NCBI GenBank assembly: GCA_003971905.1
Contig: RSEE01000024.1
Location: forward strand, 124,001 to 188,000
DNA length: 64,000 bases
Direction of reading: 5' to 3'
Source: Moniliella sp. 'wahieum'
Taxonomy: Eukaryota
Position 1 is the stretch's first letter, and each line of letters begins with the position of its first letter. The position numbers and the translations under genes were made by a program. A model generated the notes under the pieces. The model made no database searches and was not told the DNA's origin. It saw only the letters and a list, made by a program, of their open reading frames with translations. Below, in pieces: positions 21,695-34,256 of the stretch.

Positions 21695-24600
21695 GATGAG
21701 ATGGGGGAAGGGACGCGAGGACGGGGGAGGAGGTGGGCGTGGGTGGGGTGCGAGTGGTGGCAAGAAGAATGGCGAGACGAGCGGCTGTGACCCGGAGAAG
21801 AGAAGACACGCCGTTTTATTCTTGCCACCCCAGGCCACACGGGGCCGAGGCACGGGAACGCACTGCCGCCCCGAGCAGCGCTTTGGCCATCTCCGCCGCA
21901 GCCTATCTCCGCCGTGGGGAACAGTCAGGCTGAGCGCTTAGCTCAGCGCGGGGCGGAGAAGACCCGAGCCCGTGGCGGCCGCTGACGTCAACGAACCTCG
22001 ACACTTGTGGGGTGCCCCGTGCGGCGCGAAGAGGTGCTTTCTCCGGGCGGGTGATAGACGGTGACGTGTGACATGTAATGCCGGAGAAGACAGATCCGAC
22101 GCTGAGCAGCTGATGCGCTGATGCGTGTACAGCGGTTCAGCATGCGGAGTACTGAACGTTTGAACGTGGATGCATGGCTGATGCGCTGATGCGGTGGGGG
22201 CCCAGATGTTCGGCCCTGTGGCGGGGGAACACAGCAGACGCCCGAGCGGCCACACGCCCGCGGCTAGCCGATGGGAACATGTGGCAACAATATCCAACCG
22301 CCAGTTGCCGGTGCATCATCATCGATCATCATCCATCAGACATCAGGGCATCAGCGGGGAAGCGTAACCCTACCCCGGGCGAGTCCGACTTATCCTAGTC
22401 CGATCGAAGAGCGGAGGAAGAGGGGCCTCTCGAAAAATCTCCGACCGCAGCACCCACACCTCTCCAAAACCTGGTTATTGACGCTGCCACGCCCAAACGG
22501 AGGCAGCCTGCCGCCGTACGAGGTTAGAGGCGTGCCACTACGCAGCCACAACGAGTGTCGCGTCCAACATCTTACATCAACGTTCAACGTTTAACCTTCA
22601 AGTGGGGAAGAGGGCCGGTCACTAGGATTCCACAAAGACGAAAAGTGCAACGGGGTTGCTGGCTTCCCAGGCGGAGACCTTCCCTATCCATCGGAGACAA
22701 GACTCACGGAGAACTGGACGCGTTTCAGATCCAAAGTCCAAAACACTTGCGTGAAGGAGATGAAGGGTCGCCATTAGTATAGTGCTTTGCTGTTCTCGTC
22801 GGGCAGAGCCAGGCAGCATTCGCAAGGAGGTTGCACGTTAGGGGCCGGACAAAAAACGGGGAGCTCCTATAGGCGAGGGGGGGCATGCGAGCTGATCGGA
22901 AAGGTCGTTCTTTTAGAGAGTGGAGTTTGCCTAGAAGAAGGATGAGGGGAAAAGACACGATTGTTGCGGGTTGTGTGGTAGATAGGTGGAGAATCCGAGT
23001 CACTATAGCGAAAGATGAAGCGAGCTTGAGTAGTGAAATTGGGGGAGAAGCTGAGAAGCGAGAGCGACGATAAGGGGGTGTCGATGGCTGTTTTGTGCCA
23101 CGCGACTTATTATCACCCCATGACAAAAAGACCAGACTACACACAACTTGTGTGTCTAACATACAGCATGTCGTTTTCCACGCAAGGCTCATAGAGCACA
23201 CTTTCGTGTCTGCCTGGGTTCAATCACATGCTCTCACTCCCTTTGAACTTGGTCAATGGGCCTTCCATAAGACGGTAATAGGAAGGCAAAGTATATAGTT
23301 GACACACTGTATTCCTGTTCTCTCCGATATGCCCGAAAAGCAAAATGCACCAAAATGGCAAAATGGAGGCGACTGAGTTGAGACGTATTCGGTCTCCATG
23401 ATCATATAATAAAGCCTCGAATAGATACGGGTTTGAGTCGAGCTTGTGTCTAGATGCAGCTCAGGGTTCCGAGGTTATCCGGAGCAAAAAGGTGATATTA
23501 CATGGAATTTCATACGCTCCCAACGGGGGATCCGTCAAAAGCTCCGCCATGTTGAGGATTCCGAGTCCATTTCCTGATGACTACAGAGACACACTTAATA
23601 GCGTCAAGTCCGAGTGGGAAAGGCTCGACGAAAACCTCCACTTCCAATGTCTCGCGCAACTCAATCAGCGATTTCCTGTGAGTCCTTCAATGGCGAAGAA
23701 GATGAAGGCGAGGACTTTATCGCCGTACATTCCTCTCTTTCTTGTCACGGGTATATCCCAGACTGGGACTCATCCGATACAACAGGAACAGGCAGTTCCG
23801 CCGTCCGTCGGAGAACCCCTAAACTCCGGGAGACATGCGGATGTCCGTCATGTGAGAGGGAAAGGGAAGGAGACGGGGCAACGGTGAGATACAATAAAGT
23901 GTATAACGGAAATGATATAAAGCGTTAAGTTTCGTTACTATTACCTGTGGCGTACGCCAGGCCTCGTCGGGACAGCGTCTCTTTTATGTTCGTCTCCTCC
24001 GGACGTTCCACAGTCTTCTGTTTCCTCATATAATCAGTCACTAGGGCTCTCTCCGATCATTGTAACAAATCATCGTCTAGCCGCAATGCTCGATCTCTTT
24101 CTGTTTTTTTCTCTTCCGTCGACTGCGCAATCTCCGCTCCAATACACCAAAGCACAGCTCGCTGGACTGCCCCCTTTCTTCACCATACCTCTGACCACTC
24201 ATTGGGTCTGATGAGTCTGATTCACCCTCACCGGCCTCGCTTGCCATCAACAGTGAAGACATTGAGCCTCAGACCAGTTTTCGACATCTCCATCCCCCTA
24301 TATACGGCCGGGCCACGTCAAGCTGTGTGGCGGATTCTCCTGTGCTGGAACCTGATCCCCCCGTGGGTAGTAATATGTGGTTCTCAGTCAGTATCGAGAC
24401 CGGTGGGCTCCACTCTCTAGTCAAACAGCGGGCACCAAGTTACCTGCTGATATATTTTAGCGGGGGATATGCATTACCGTCGATCATTCGTCCAACCTGG
24501 CCCGCTATGGATATGGCAAAAGTTGTCTCCAGAAAGAGGGAGCTGGTGAGCGTGTTGAGTTCACTGAGCACTGCCTCGCCCGCGTGACCCTACAGGCCAA

Positions 24601-24823
24601 AAGGGAAAAAAAGATATGTGTGTGGGGGAGGGGGAGGGGGAGGGGGGTTACTTGGTGGTGCCGGCTTGAATTGGAGCTGCACAACACACTTGTGCGAGGC
24701 GGCCCCGTTCCGCCTCTGTTCCGCCCCTGTTCCGCTCCTCCCTGTTGCCCCTCCGGGCTGCCTTCCCCTGACTGCATCACACGATCTCCCCTTTGCCTTG
24801 CTCGCCTCCCCACAACACTCTTG

Positions 24824-24846
24824 CCGGTTACCGGTTACCGGTTACC
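24824..24846. repeat. (CCGGTTA)3 heptamer tandem repeat
   Basis: ccggttaccggttaccggttacc. Confidence 0.85.
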
Positions 24847-26404
24847 ACCGATGGGACAATTTACAGCTACTCTCGCTGCTGAAACTGAACCGTGCGCGCC
24901 CGCGGCCCCTGGGTTAGCAACAGGCAAAGAAAGGCGCACGTGGCCCCCACGCGTCCGGGCCCACGCGTGGGATGCAAACAAGGTGGTGGAAATCGGTGTG
25001 ACATTTGGTAGCTCACATACTCACGCGCTCGCACGTCCACCGGTCACCGGCCGGTCACCGGCCGGTCACCCCTCCCACGCTCGCATGAAGTCAGATGTCA
25101 GATTATGTGATGCGCTTACCTCAGTTGAATGAACGTTGAACGTAACGTTGAACGTACTGAACGTCGAACCGTTGAGCGCTTTACACGCTTAGCGCAACTG
25201 AATTGGGTGATCAAATCATGGAATTACCCGCATCCATATTCATCTTGATGGCAAATTTCATCCGTCCCCATCGATCGACAAATCATTAACGTTGCATTAA
25301 CCCTTCGCCACGCGCTGAGGTGCTGGCTGGAGCGGCCGGGTTGCCGCAGTGTCACAGCGCCTGCTAGCGCTAGGTCAGTCTGCGCTTAGGACACCACCGG
25401 TAGGGTTGTGTGCAACAGGCACTGGGATAGACGATGGCCAGAGGGGGCACCGAGCTTCCAGGCCCCAGGGTTGGACGTTGGGGCGACTGCCCAGCAGCAG
25501 AACGGGGCAGACCACTGCGGCCCCATGGCGCGAGCAGCCACGTCACAAGCTGCCGGCACCACAGCGCATCCGCCGGCAGACACTCGGCCAGCGCGCCGCT
25601 CTGTGCCGCAGCCGCAGGCACATACCGCGGCGCACTGAGGCTTGGCAAGCCCTGGCAAGCCTCGGGCGTTGCACCACAGGTACCAGCAAGGCGCATCTGC
25701 CCTGCGATCGGCTGCCAGGGGGGGTGCACCAACTCCGTCGACAGATCGATAGCCAAGCACAGCGGCTGTGTCGCCATCACCCGCGCCACCGCGTGGTGCC
25801 AGCCCTGAACCTGTAGCCCGGGGGCAGTATCCCTGCATCCGGTATTTGAGCATTTGCATCTAGCGAACTGCAGGTCGGGCCACCCGCCCCGTAGCCAGGA
25901 GCTTCCGCAGCTTCCGCGCCGGCATGGGACGACGGCTGGTAATCGATCCCTTGATCACTCGCATCTCTCGCACGGCTCGACCCTGGCTGGTTTGCACGGG
26001 GGCAGTGCAGTGCGGCGTCCGCTGGGTGGGTGGATACAGGTTAGCTGCCGCCTCGCCTGCGGCTGCGGCCGGCACAAGCACATCCACCGCTGATCATCCA
26101 TCCCCCTCTTATCCCACGCGCACAGCACTTGCTCAGCACTAGTCCAGCACTAGCCCAGCACTGGCCCGCACTGGCCCAGTCCTTGCCCAGCCCTTGTAAG
26201 CCAAGCCGCCGCGCTGCACCTCCTAACCTCCCACCACCACACCTTTCTTCTCGCCCCCTCGCCCCCTCCTCCCTGCCTCCTCCTCGCGCCTCTGCTAGCC
26301 AGAAGCCTCCTGTACCCCTCTCTTTGGTCACCACCCGCCTCACCTCATCTCATCTCTCCCCCCACCCACCCACTCTCACCGCTCCCCCGTGCACTCTCTT
26401 TGCC

Positions 26405-27076
26405 ATGAAGTTCTCCACCATCTTCCTCCTCGCCGCTGCCTCGATGGCCGCCGCCTCCGACCTGCTCACTCCGGGCGAGTCTCGCGCCCTCGAGCGCAAG
26501 GCCCGTCACTCCGAGACGGCGCTTGAGAAGCGCTACCGCGTCTACTCGGGTGGTCAGGGCACCTACTACTACGGCAGCCAGGTACGCATCCGTCGTCGTC
26601 GCCCTTTGCTTCCTTCTGGCCCCTCTGACCTCCTTCCCTGTAGCTTGACACCCGGCCTGCGGTGGCCCTACCCCTTCCGACAACGACATGGTCGTCGCTG
26701 TTCCGGCTGGCGGCCCCCCGTGCGGCAGCTGGCTTCACCTTCGTACGTTTTGCTTCCGCCCCCCCTCCCATTGTACCCATGAGGTTTCTTGATTGATTGG
26801 TAGCTGACCCATCTCTCTACAGACTAGTGCGTATCTGCGTTCAGCCCCTCCGTTTATCCTTTGCGTTCATTTCCTGAGGGCGCACTAACTAACATTTATT
26901 TGTTTTCTCTTGTGTAGCAACGGCAAGATGGTCGCCGCTAAGGTCGTTGACCAATGCGCTGGCTGCTCCCCCACAGTGTCGATATGACCAAGGGTGTCTT
27001 CCGTGAGCTGGCCGACCTTGAGGTTGGAGTGTTGAAGCCTCTGCGGTACCGTGTCCTGCACGCGGAAGACGTTTAA
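26405..27076 (+). CDS. Small secreted RlpA-like double-psi beta-barrel (loosenin/expansin-like) protein; introns 26582-26643, 26743-26822, 26827-26917
   Basis: Signal peptide MKFSTIFLLAAASMAAA, Kex2-like LEKR, YSGGQGTYY, PACGG..DNDMVVAV, CG..L.LHYNGK.V.AKVVDQCAGC, VDMTKGVFRELADLEVGVL. Confidence 0.88.
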
Positions 27077-28289
27077 GCTAGGCAACGAATCGCCTCGACT
27101 GGCATCCTGTCCAGGGTGCCAGGCGTCCTCATTGGTGCATACTCTTCATCCCTCGCAATCTGTACTCTGTGGCATGCGGTCAACCCCCCCCCCTCTCATC
27201 CCCCTACATGGGGACTAGGTCACCTTCCCCAACGTCTGTGCAGTCCTTGTTTCACCCTGGACTGCACTTTGCATCTGGGAACGCGGGAACGTTCCTTTCG
27301 CTCTTCTTTCAGCGTCTCTCGTCCTGGTGGCGAAACCCTATTTCTGCTTCACACGCTCGCTTTTTTCTTTCTGTTTTCTTCTGCCTTGAGTCATTCCCGT
27401 CTCATTTTAGTTTGCTCCTCCACGGTGGGACGGTGAGTTGCCTTGTCCACGACCGGCTGGTTCGCCCCAGGAAGCGAGGAGCACGTTTTTGGTCATTGGA
27501 CGTCCCCCTGGTATTTTTTTGTTTGTCTGTTTGTTGCTTGTTACTCGCCTTGTCTGTCAGCCTGGTGCTGCCAACGGCCGCCTTGGGGCAACAATCCACA
27601 CTTTCCTTTCTAATCGCACCATGCTTGGGTCGCTTGGGGACGGCCATTATATTGTGTTGTGTTGTTTTGTTGTGTTGTGTTGTATTGTAGCGTTTGCTGG
27701 TTGGTGGTGATTGCGCGGTGTGCGCTGGGTTTGTTGTTTTGGCCGAGTGGGGGACGGGGATGGATGCAATGGATGATGGTGCAGTTGGTATGGCTCGTAT
27801 GGTGCATGGCGGGTATGCGAGTGTTCTAGCAGCGAGTCGGAAGAGATGGACGGTTCGATTGAGATGGCTCGGACGGCCAGGGGGGATGCAGGCCGCAGGG
27901 GAGACGATGTGATATCGTGACGATGTCAGAGAGCCAAGCCATTCTGAGTACGGATGGCCGTCGACAACATTCCACGGCCAGACGCGGGTGCGAAGCGGCG
28001 GTGTAACACGTGACTGGGGGCTGGGCGGCTAGCGGGCGTGGTTGTGGCTTGGTGAAACTTGAAGCTGCGACGGGTTGAAATTGCACCGTCGCATGCGAGT
28101 TGGAAGTTGAAAGTTGAAAGGCGAACGAAGCCCGCTGGGCAATTGAACGTTGAAACAACCAGTGGCGACGGGCGTGGCCCTGTGCTGCCGCTCTCGTTGG
28201 CCGTCGACGCATCTGCTGGGCTGCCATCCCAGCCTTGCTTTCTTTGGCTTGTCGACCACCGCGCAGCCTGCTCCTCTCGCCTCGGCTGG

Positions 28290-29176
28290 ATGAATCGGGC
28301 CGGCAGCAGTGCAGCCGGGCCTTCTGCCTCCAAGGGCGCCGCCGCGCCTGCCAGCTCCTCCCGCGCCCCCTTTGACCGCGGTGCGTTTGCCAAGGACATC
28401 GCCTCGATGATGTACGCCTTTGGCGATGTGCCCACCCCGTCGCCCGCGGCGGTGGGCGTGATGGAAGAGATGGTGGTCGACTTTATGGTTGATCTATGCA
28501 TGCGAGCGCGCCCGAGCCCCTTGGCCGTGCCCCAGGCCAGCACATCTTACCCCCCACCGCACGCCTCAAGGCCAAAGTCGAAGACTTTAAACATGCGCTC
28601 CGCCGCGAACCCAAGTACCTCGCCCCTCAGGAGTTGCTGTACATGGAGTTTGTCATCCAAGAAGCTCGCAAAACCTTTGACGAGACCGAGTATGGTCGCG
28701 ACGAGGTCCAGCCGGCTCCGCCACCGCCCCGCACGGCCGGAGGGGAAGCTACACCAGCGCCACAACTTGATGCACCAGGTACCAGTGCCAACCCCGGTCC
28801 TGGTCCTGGCCTGGGCGCAGGCGCGGGCACGGGCCCTGGCTCCGTCCCCCTCGGTACCACCCCCGAGGAGAGTCATGTGGAATCACGGGCAAGCGCGGTC
28901 GGCGCGGCAGCAGTGGGCCCGACCCTGAGCCCAAAAAGCGTCAAAAGAGGAAAACTGACGATGGCACGTCCACGCGCAAGAGTAAAGGAAAAGCCCGCGT
29001 TGACGCTGGCTCGCCTCAACCTCGCAGTTCTCCTCCTGCTCCTGCTCCTCCTGCGCCCGCGTCGCAAGCATTGGCTCTGCCAGGCCTGGCGCTCCCGGGC
29101 ACACCCTCGTCCACCGCCCATCCTAGCCCTGCCCACCCGACCATTTCCCTTCCCGGAAATACGCAGTGATATGTGA
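28290..29176 (+). CDS. TAF13: TFIID subunit 13 (histone fold) with a low-complexity C-terminal tail; 3' end uncertain
   Basis: FAKDIASMMYAFGDVP..VMEEMVVDFMVDLC, KVEDFKHALRREPKYL..QELLYM..I.EARKTFD. Confidence 0.88.
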
Positions 29177-29394
29177 CAGCTAGCGACTAGTGACTGCCCA
29201 TGGGGTACAGGAGGGATCCATTGGGATTCGGATTTCATCTCATGTAGACAGAGACTGCTGCACGAACGCGTTCAATGGTGCCGATGTGCGCATCGTGGGG
29301 CACCGTTCTGAGGGCAGGCAGGCTCGATTAAAGGCAAGAGACAGTGATCGGTTGGATCCGTGTCGCGGGCTTTGGCCGTCAACGTTACCTAACT

Positions 29395-29477
29395 GGTTCC
29401 ATATTGTAGTTGGTTAGCAAGTAGGATTCTGATCCGATCAAATTCCTGAAACCTGGGTTCGAATCCTAGTGGGACCT
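29395..29477 (+). tRNA. tRNA-Gln(CTG) with 10-nt intron (29433-29442)
   Basis: Acceptor GGTTCCA/TGGGACC, anticodon stem TAGGA/TCCTG with CTG at 29429-29431, T arm CTGGG-TTCGAAT-CCTAG, TTTTT terminator just downstream. Confidence 0.95.
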
Positions 29478-29760
29478 TCCTTTTTGCCCAGAGGCTTGAA
29501 AGCTCGAGACGACATCGATGAGATTGCGCACGATGTGCAGGATGCGTCGTTGCCTCATGCTTCCCTTCTGGTGTTCCCAACCTCTCGACGAGCCGCCACA
29601 AAGAGTCGCGTTTCTTTGGAGGAGGTATCCAGCTTCCCGTTTGCCAACTGACGATCGGTCTGACTGCCGCCCTCTCTACTCTGCTTTCCCAGGCTATCGG
29701 CTGGACACCCAGGCTGCAGCTGGACACCCTGATGGGCATTAGCGGAGGGCGGCAAAAAAG

Positions 29761-29862
29761 TGTCGTGTCCCGGGATCGAACCGGGGACCTTGAGGAATCC
29801 TGGACGGATTGGTCATTGAAGCCAACTTCAATCTCACGCTCTCCCATCTGAGCTAACCCGAC
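29761..29862 (-). tRNA. tRNA-Phe(GAA) with ~29-nt intron (29797-29825)
   Basis: Minus strand GTCGGGT-TA-GCTCAGATGGGAGAGC-G-TGAGA-TT-GAA-G-[intron]-T-CCTCA-AGGTC-CCCGG-TTCGATC-CCGGG-ACACGAC-A followed by TTTTTT; intron CTTCAAT pairs with the anticodon loop. Confidence 0.9.
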
Positions 29863-30005
29863 ATTATGCAACGAGCGAGCAAGTGTGATTTACGGACAGT
29901 TTCCCCCTGGCCTTTGCCTACGAGATCACTTTACCCTGTCGACGGACTAAGGCCCCCTCTTTCGCGTCAAGAACACATGGCATGGCAGGAGGCATTGGCG
30001 CCATG

Positions 30006-32586
30006 CTATACACACCCAAGCCCCCCTGGGGCACTGCCCACACCCGCCCCAACACACTCGTCCCCGCATCCCTTGGCTCGCCCAGTGCCGCGCCTACCCC
30101 GCCCACGCCCCGCTCCGCCACCTCCGCCGCCACGCTCGCAGTGAACAGCAGCGCATACGCACCCACCAGTGCCCACCCCACGCCCTGCAGCGTCCACTTG
30201 GCCCGGGTCAGATACGCCAACAGCAGCAGACTTGCCACGCACCCGCCGCCGGCAACCAAGAGCGGCGCCGTAGCCTGCACCGCTACGTGTCCTCTCGGCC
30301 CCTCGGGCGCGGCAAGACGAGAGCCAGACTGCCTGCCACCCCTACGCCCAGGGTCAAGTTGAGCAGCGGCGTGGCGAAGCATGCTGCGAGCGCCATGTGC
30401 GGATGGACGCGGGCAAGAGACCCGTTGGCCACCAGATCGCCCAGCGAGTTGCCCAGCGCAAACACTGTCGCGCCTAGGACTGGTAAGGAGGAGAAGGTGG
30501 TGGTGGGTTAGCCAACCGTGGCGTGAGAAGCACAGTAATAAGGGTAAGGGACGTACTGGCCTGAGAGATCCCCGCTGCTTTCCCCACATCTTCCAACACG
30601 TCCACCAACCATCCGACGGTGGTCGTGATCCACAAGACACTCGTGGCGAACGACAGGGCCAGGGGGGCGAGGTGGCGCCACCGACGGAGCAGAGTCGCGT
30701 GCGTAGGACGGGTAGGTCCCTCGCTCTCCCCCTGTTCGGCACGATCGAGATCGAGCCCGAGAAGGCGAAGCGAGTGGGCACTCACATCGGTGGCGCTGCG
30801 TTGCGGCTGGTAGGGGCCAGGGAGCGAGTGACCACCAATGGCGCTCTGGAGGCGGGGCCAGTGGCGCCAGACCCAGCAGATGCCAAACGTGGTCCAGCCC
30901 AGCAGCGCAGCGACCAAAGCGGCCTGGGTCGGAGATACGCGATGCACCAGTTTTCTCCCACTGGGTCCGACCCCTGTGGCCGACAACACGGGCCCACTCG
31001 CTTTCATCCAACTCGGCAGATTGGGCCAGGGCGGGACCGACGCGCGGCCTACGTCCTGCTGCGGCCAGATGGACCACACCACGAACCCAGGCACGAACCC
31101 AGCGTGGAGCGGGGGAAAGACGATGGCTCGCGCGGCTTGGCGCGCGGCGGCACGAGAGCGTGCCTGAGCCACGAGTCGTGGTCAGGCTGTTTGGCAGTGT
31201 GGCATTACTGGGTTGGGCGGTGGCCCAGGTGGAGGCGGACTCGGTTTGGGCATGAGCTTGTTCGGCCGCCGCGGTGGGGATGGGGATGGTCAGCAGAAAG
31301 ACAAGGAGCGGCGGGGTGCTCAAGAGGGCCAAGAGTCGTGGTGCTAACGCTCTCGCCGGCTTTGCCTCGCACGACAGACCACGCAGGAAAGAGAGCGAGA
31401 CGCAATGTGCGCCAATGGGACGAGCGGGTAAGTTGCGGGCTCGAGAAAGATGCAGCGGTCCCTCTTTCCTGTCCTTCCTCAGTTGAGCTGACGAGCGCGG
31501 GCAGAGGTGGACTGGCACTGCCGACACTGGCTCGCCCAAGGGAGGAGGCGGAAGAGGTGGAAGGAGAAAGGGTGGGGGAGAAAGTCCGCCGGGTCCGTAT
31601 CTCTCCATGCCTGGTCCGACCAATCAGGATGTTGTACAGGCACTGTCCTCTCAGTGCGGAAGAGAGGGCAGAGGGGGGGAAGGGCGAGGAAGTGGGTGGG
31701 AAAGTGTGTCCGGCAGAAGAGTTGAGCTTCAAGCTGACGCTTTCGTCCCGAGATCCGGCTTCTCCTGTCGCTTCTCTTGACGTTTCCCTATCCAATTGGG
31801 CCACCACGTCGCGAAACTCGAGTGCCGTTAGCAAAGAGTGGGGCGCACCAGCGCCATGGCCCGATGGTGGGCATCGGCCCCAACGTCCTCTACCTGGGAA
31901 GGAGAGGGATGAGGATCGAGTACGGGACGGGGCAGCGCGTTGGGGGGCAGAGCGGAATCGTCTGGATCGGTCGGAAGGTGAATTGGACCGGTGCCACGAG
32001 GCCGAACCAAGTGGCGCAAGAAAACAAGTCCGACCGGCGGGGCCAAACATCGGCACCCGCGTACAAAGCGTAGAGGACCAAGAAGAAGGCAAGCAGCGTG
32101 CAGGCTAAATCCACCAAAAAAGCCAATTCCCACCAAGGCACCTGACACTCCCCCAGGAGCGTGGCAATGTCGCGTGTAAATGCGCGCGCGGCAGGCCTAG
32201 ATGTGCTCGGTGGGGCGGGTGGGAGCAAGTGGTCGGGGCGGAGGAGCGGCGGGAGTGGCGGCAGTGGAGGGAGTGGCAGCAGGGCATGCCGCCAGGATGA
32301 CGGTACCAGCGACCAGGGTAGAGACGAAAGCGGCGGCGCCCAAGAGCTCGCCGAGCGCAAGTTGAGCTGCGCCACGACGCACCGCAGCCAGAGCGCCAGC
32401 AGCATCGGGGGCAGCGTTGCCCATGGCCAACAGGGTAACTCCCGCCGTGGGTTCATCCAGGGCCAATGCGTCGGCGAGGGCAGCAAGGGCGGGGGCAAGG
32501 AAGGTGCTGCTGATGAGGGAGAGAGCGACGAAGAGCTCGGCGACGGCTGCGAGGCTGGCGAGCAGCGCGGGCTGCACCAGAGCCAT
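30006..32586 (-). CDS. Cation/Ca2+ exchanger, CCX/NCLX type (Na_Ca_ex); intron 30480-30556; several frameshifts
   Basis: Alpha-1 repeat AGVTLLAMGNAAPD..ALGELLGAAAFV, SVLWI, alpha-2 repeat LGATVFALGNSLGDLVAN..MALAACFATPLLNLTLGVG. Confidence 0.88.
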
Positions 32587-32979
32587 CGCGTGGCAGGGGC
32601 GGACGCCGGTCAGGACGGGCGGCTGAAGAGGGGCTGGTGTGGAAGCCAAAAGAGGGAGTGGATCGAATATAATAAGAACGGGGACACCTATGTAACTTGA
32701 TTGTCGAGGCGCATAGTGAGGCAGTGCCAAGCATGATCGCACAGCATTTTACGCCCTGCCATTAACATTGCCAAGGCCCGGAGCACCGCCACAGCATCAT
32801 AAAAGGGGAGTGTGCTCCTACCTAAGCGCTCTAAGATCTAATCCAATCCCCCCATCGGCCCCACACCTCACATCCGAGCTCGTATGTGCATGAGTATTGC
32901 GCAGGAACAAGAACAGGAGCAAGAGCAAGAACAAGAGAGAGCATGGCAACTGGCAATTCAAATACACGGGCAGGAACCA

Positions 32980-34256
32980 CTACCTCGCATCCATCACTCG
33001 GTGTACGACAAGCGGACGGCTATGTTAGGGACAACCAAGATGGAGTTAGCGTGCTGATCAGCAAAGGGCAGGGGAAAGAGAAGTAGACGCACCCGCTCGA
33101 GTCGAGTCCAATGGAGCGCCGGCGCCGGTGGGCCGATCCGGCAGCTTGCATAGCGCGGCGGGCCGGTGCATAGGACACATACTGGCCCAAGATAATCAAG
33201 TCAAACACGATTGGTACTGCGCTACCGGCGATCCAGGATGAGTTGGCAAGCAGATACGCCAGATCCGTAGGCGCATACGCCACAATGGACAGCACTTGGG
33301 TCAAGTTGCCAAACGCGGCAAAAATGAAGAGCGCCACGCTCAGCCCGACACACTTGGATTCCCGATTCTTGATCAGCTGCGGGATGGGCGAAGAAATGTA
33401 AAGGATTGCCGAGGTCCAGCCGTACAACTGCGCTGGCCAGTTGATCCCAGTCCCAGTCCCCGCCCCCGTCCCCGTTCCCGAGCCGGTGCCGGAACCATCG
33501 ACGACATCTTGCACTGCTGGCGCAGTATAGTACGCAAACACCCCCACTGCAGTCAGCGCCAGCCCCGCGATGCAGTACTTGCCCACGTCGGACTTGGCCA
33601 CTTCCGTCTGGCCTGGAAGGGAGAGACGGGTGCCCGAGGCCGCAGAGATGGCAGAGCCATTGAGTGCGCCGTAGCCCGACGCATTGCCTTCAGGAGGTTG
33701 GAGCAAGGACGAGCGGGCAGTATCCGGGGCCGGAGCGGGCGTTGCCGCCTTTTGGGGGTAAACCTTATTGTAGTAGTACACTTGGCCCAACAAAACCAAG
33801 TCGCCCAAGACGTAGTAGGCCGCCAACAGAATTTGCGTTGCAAGCAGCCCCTGCAGCCAGGCGCCCAGGCCTATGGGAAGCGCAAGGGAAGAGGGTCAGA
33901 TCTCAGCGGGCCATACTTGGGCGCGGTGGCAGCGGGCGCGGCAAGTGACATACCATTCAGCAGATCGCCGGCCAACCAGAGCATCACAAACGCCAGCGCA
34001 ATCCCATCCCCACTTTTGCATTGGTAGTTCTGCCACAGCTGGGCTACACCAGGGATCATCCAGCAGCCAATGGAGACCAGCCCCATCGAGTAGGACAGGC
34101 GCACCTGTACGGAGGGGCCGCAGCAGAGGGGCCCGTTGGATCGGAGATGGGGGCGGCCAGGGGGGCGACACTAATGGGAGCGGCCCAGGCAAGGGAGGTG
34201 CGCAGCACCAAGGTGCACGCGATGGTTGCCTGGAGCAAGCGGGGCGTGGACGCCAT
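32980..34256 (-). CDS. PQ-loop repeat vacuolar amino-acid transporter (Ypq/PQLC2-like); intron 33871-33953 and probable intron ~33020-33092
   Basis: SYSMGLVSIGCW..QLWQNYQCKSGDGIALAFVMLWLAGDLLN, QLYGWTSAILYISSPIPQLIKNRESKCVGLS..FAAFGNLT, YLLANSSWIAGS..FDLIILGQY. Confidence 0.9.

Noticed and set aside
23600..23690. Minus-strand IGSGGF resembling a kinase Gly-loop
   Set aside because: Flanked by stops, with no other kinase subdomain visible
27169..27690. ORF ending CVVL*, a CAAX pheromone-like terminus (similarly WCIV* at 50172)
   Set aside because: The first arises from a TG-rich simple repeat downstream of the DPBB gene; the second is read-through of the ISU1 intron
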